Positions 63,490 to 64,000 of a stretch of 64,000 nucleotides of DNA are shown one piece after another; within the stretch, counting starts at the first letter, position 1; the number at the start of each line of letters is the position of its first letter. Source of the stretch: Macrostomum lignano (taxonomy: Eukaryota); assembly GCA_002269645.1 (NCBI GenBank), contig NIVC01000853.1:62001-126000 (forward strand), given 5' to 3'. The notes beneath the pieces were generated by a model. That model was not told the origin of the DNA and did not search any database. It worked only from the letters and a program-made list of their open reading frames with translations. The position numbers and the translations under genes are program-made.

Positions 63490-63536
63490 GCAGTCGCAGA
63501 TCACATTCAGCGAAACCGCGTCTAAGCTATAGCTAA
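57840..63536 (+). CDS. Tandem cyclic-nucleotide-binding-domain protein (CNBD2-like), 4 exons
   Basis: Exons 57840-58429, 60121-60417, 61630-62029, 63096-63536 with matching phases (2, 2, 0). First cNMP domain: GHPGYSFYVIFSGVV...GDSFGERSLLFEMPRDVTV. Second domain: FLRSLPQFSGLS...LVVSGSADIY...GKSFGLAAMF...LVSRGCEVL. PolyQ tail. Confidence 0.85.
58430..60005. repeat. 21-bp minisatellite CTGAGTCCTGGTCTAGTGTTT
   Basis: About 75 copies starting at the CNBD intron 1 donor. Confidence 0.98.
60418..61557. repeat. 40-bp minisatellite GTGAGGCAATGGTCATGCTAGTGGCCTCACGGTCTGTCAG
   Basis: About 28 copies starting exactly at the CNBD intron 2 donor. Confidence 0.98.
62365..62955. repeat. 16-bp minisatellite GAGTGAACTAGGCMGW
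   Basis: About 36 copies in two subtypes, CNBD intron 3. Confidence 0.96.
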
Positions 63537-63800
63537 GCTCATCATGCGCTTTAGAACTGTGGCGCGAATAGCGAGTGTCAATTTTTTATTCCGGTTCTCC
63601 TGTTAAATACATACGTTGAAAATCTCGTGCAGTAGAAGTCAGCTTTAGATAGCATTTTAGCATTGACTTGATGCATCCATGTAGCTTGGACAAAATTAAG
63701 TAAAAATTAACTCTGCAACTTTCAGTAACACTTTTGGTCATTATTTACTGTATATTTTGGCATCTCAAAGGCTGTGTGATCGCAAAAGTCTCCAGTCGTG

Positions 63801-63998
63801 TCACAGGTCCTCCTGGGTGACGCGAACGTCGGACACGTCCACCCCAGTCCAAGTGCCAGTCAGAGTGACCGCCTTGCCAAGGCCGTTCACGGCCTCCGCT
63901 CTCCACGGCACGTCCATCTTTGAGTGGGTGATTGAAGCCTTCTTTCTGATCGCGTGCCCCGGCGGCACCACGACCTCAGACGTCTGGCTGTACTGTGT
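63801..63998 (-). CDS. C-terminal fragment of a probable aerolysin/ETX-MTX2-family beta-pore-forming protein (5' end outside window)
   Basis: Open frame from the window edge to TGA at 63803-63801: TQYSQTSEVVVPPGHAIRKKASITHSKMDVPWRAEAVNGLGKAVTLTGTWTGVDVSDVRVTQEDL*. The V.VPP...DVP...GTW.GV pattern with Ser/Thr-rich beta strands is typical of the family. Confidence 0.6.
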   Translation of the reverse strand, partial: TQYSQTSEVVVPPGHAIRKKASITHSKMDVPWRAEAVNGLGKAVTLTGTWTGVDVSDVRVTQEDL

Positions 63999-64000
63999 GG

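Overview
Eukaryotic (animal) genomic DNA with GC-rich exons and introns packed with locus-specific minisatellites. The style suggests a free-living flatworm such as Macrostomum; this is inference, not a database match. By reading splice sites and checking phases I built: a 14-exon PIGN gene (minus, 17053-65) with a 1-nt frameshift in exon 3, a U12-type intron and no ATG in its first visible exon; a 2-exon orphan two-TM gene (plus, 21280-22689); a tentative 3-exon gene (minus, 29224-26992); a 4-exon NKRF-like gene (minus, 40487-30760) with degenerate G-patch and R3H; a 2-exon GOLPH3 (plus, 48394-50471); a 4-exon tandem cyclic-nucleotide-binding-domain gene (plus, 57840-63536); and the 3' end of a probable aerolysin/ETX-MTX2-like gene (minus, runs off the window). 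About 40 tandem arrays (13-44 bp units) generate most long ORFs in the supplied track, and those ORFs are artefacts. Two signals stand out. (1) A gap-free 124-bp inverted repeat in NKRF intron 1 whose 15 arm differences are all transitions, 14 of them G:U pairs on the transcribed strand, i.e. a likely selected long hairpin RNA. (2) Minisatellites seeded exactly at splice sites: the first unit holds the real 5' splice site and the copies carry disabled versions, or in one case intact CAG|GTGAG junctions every 40 nt flanked by a complementary heptamer.
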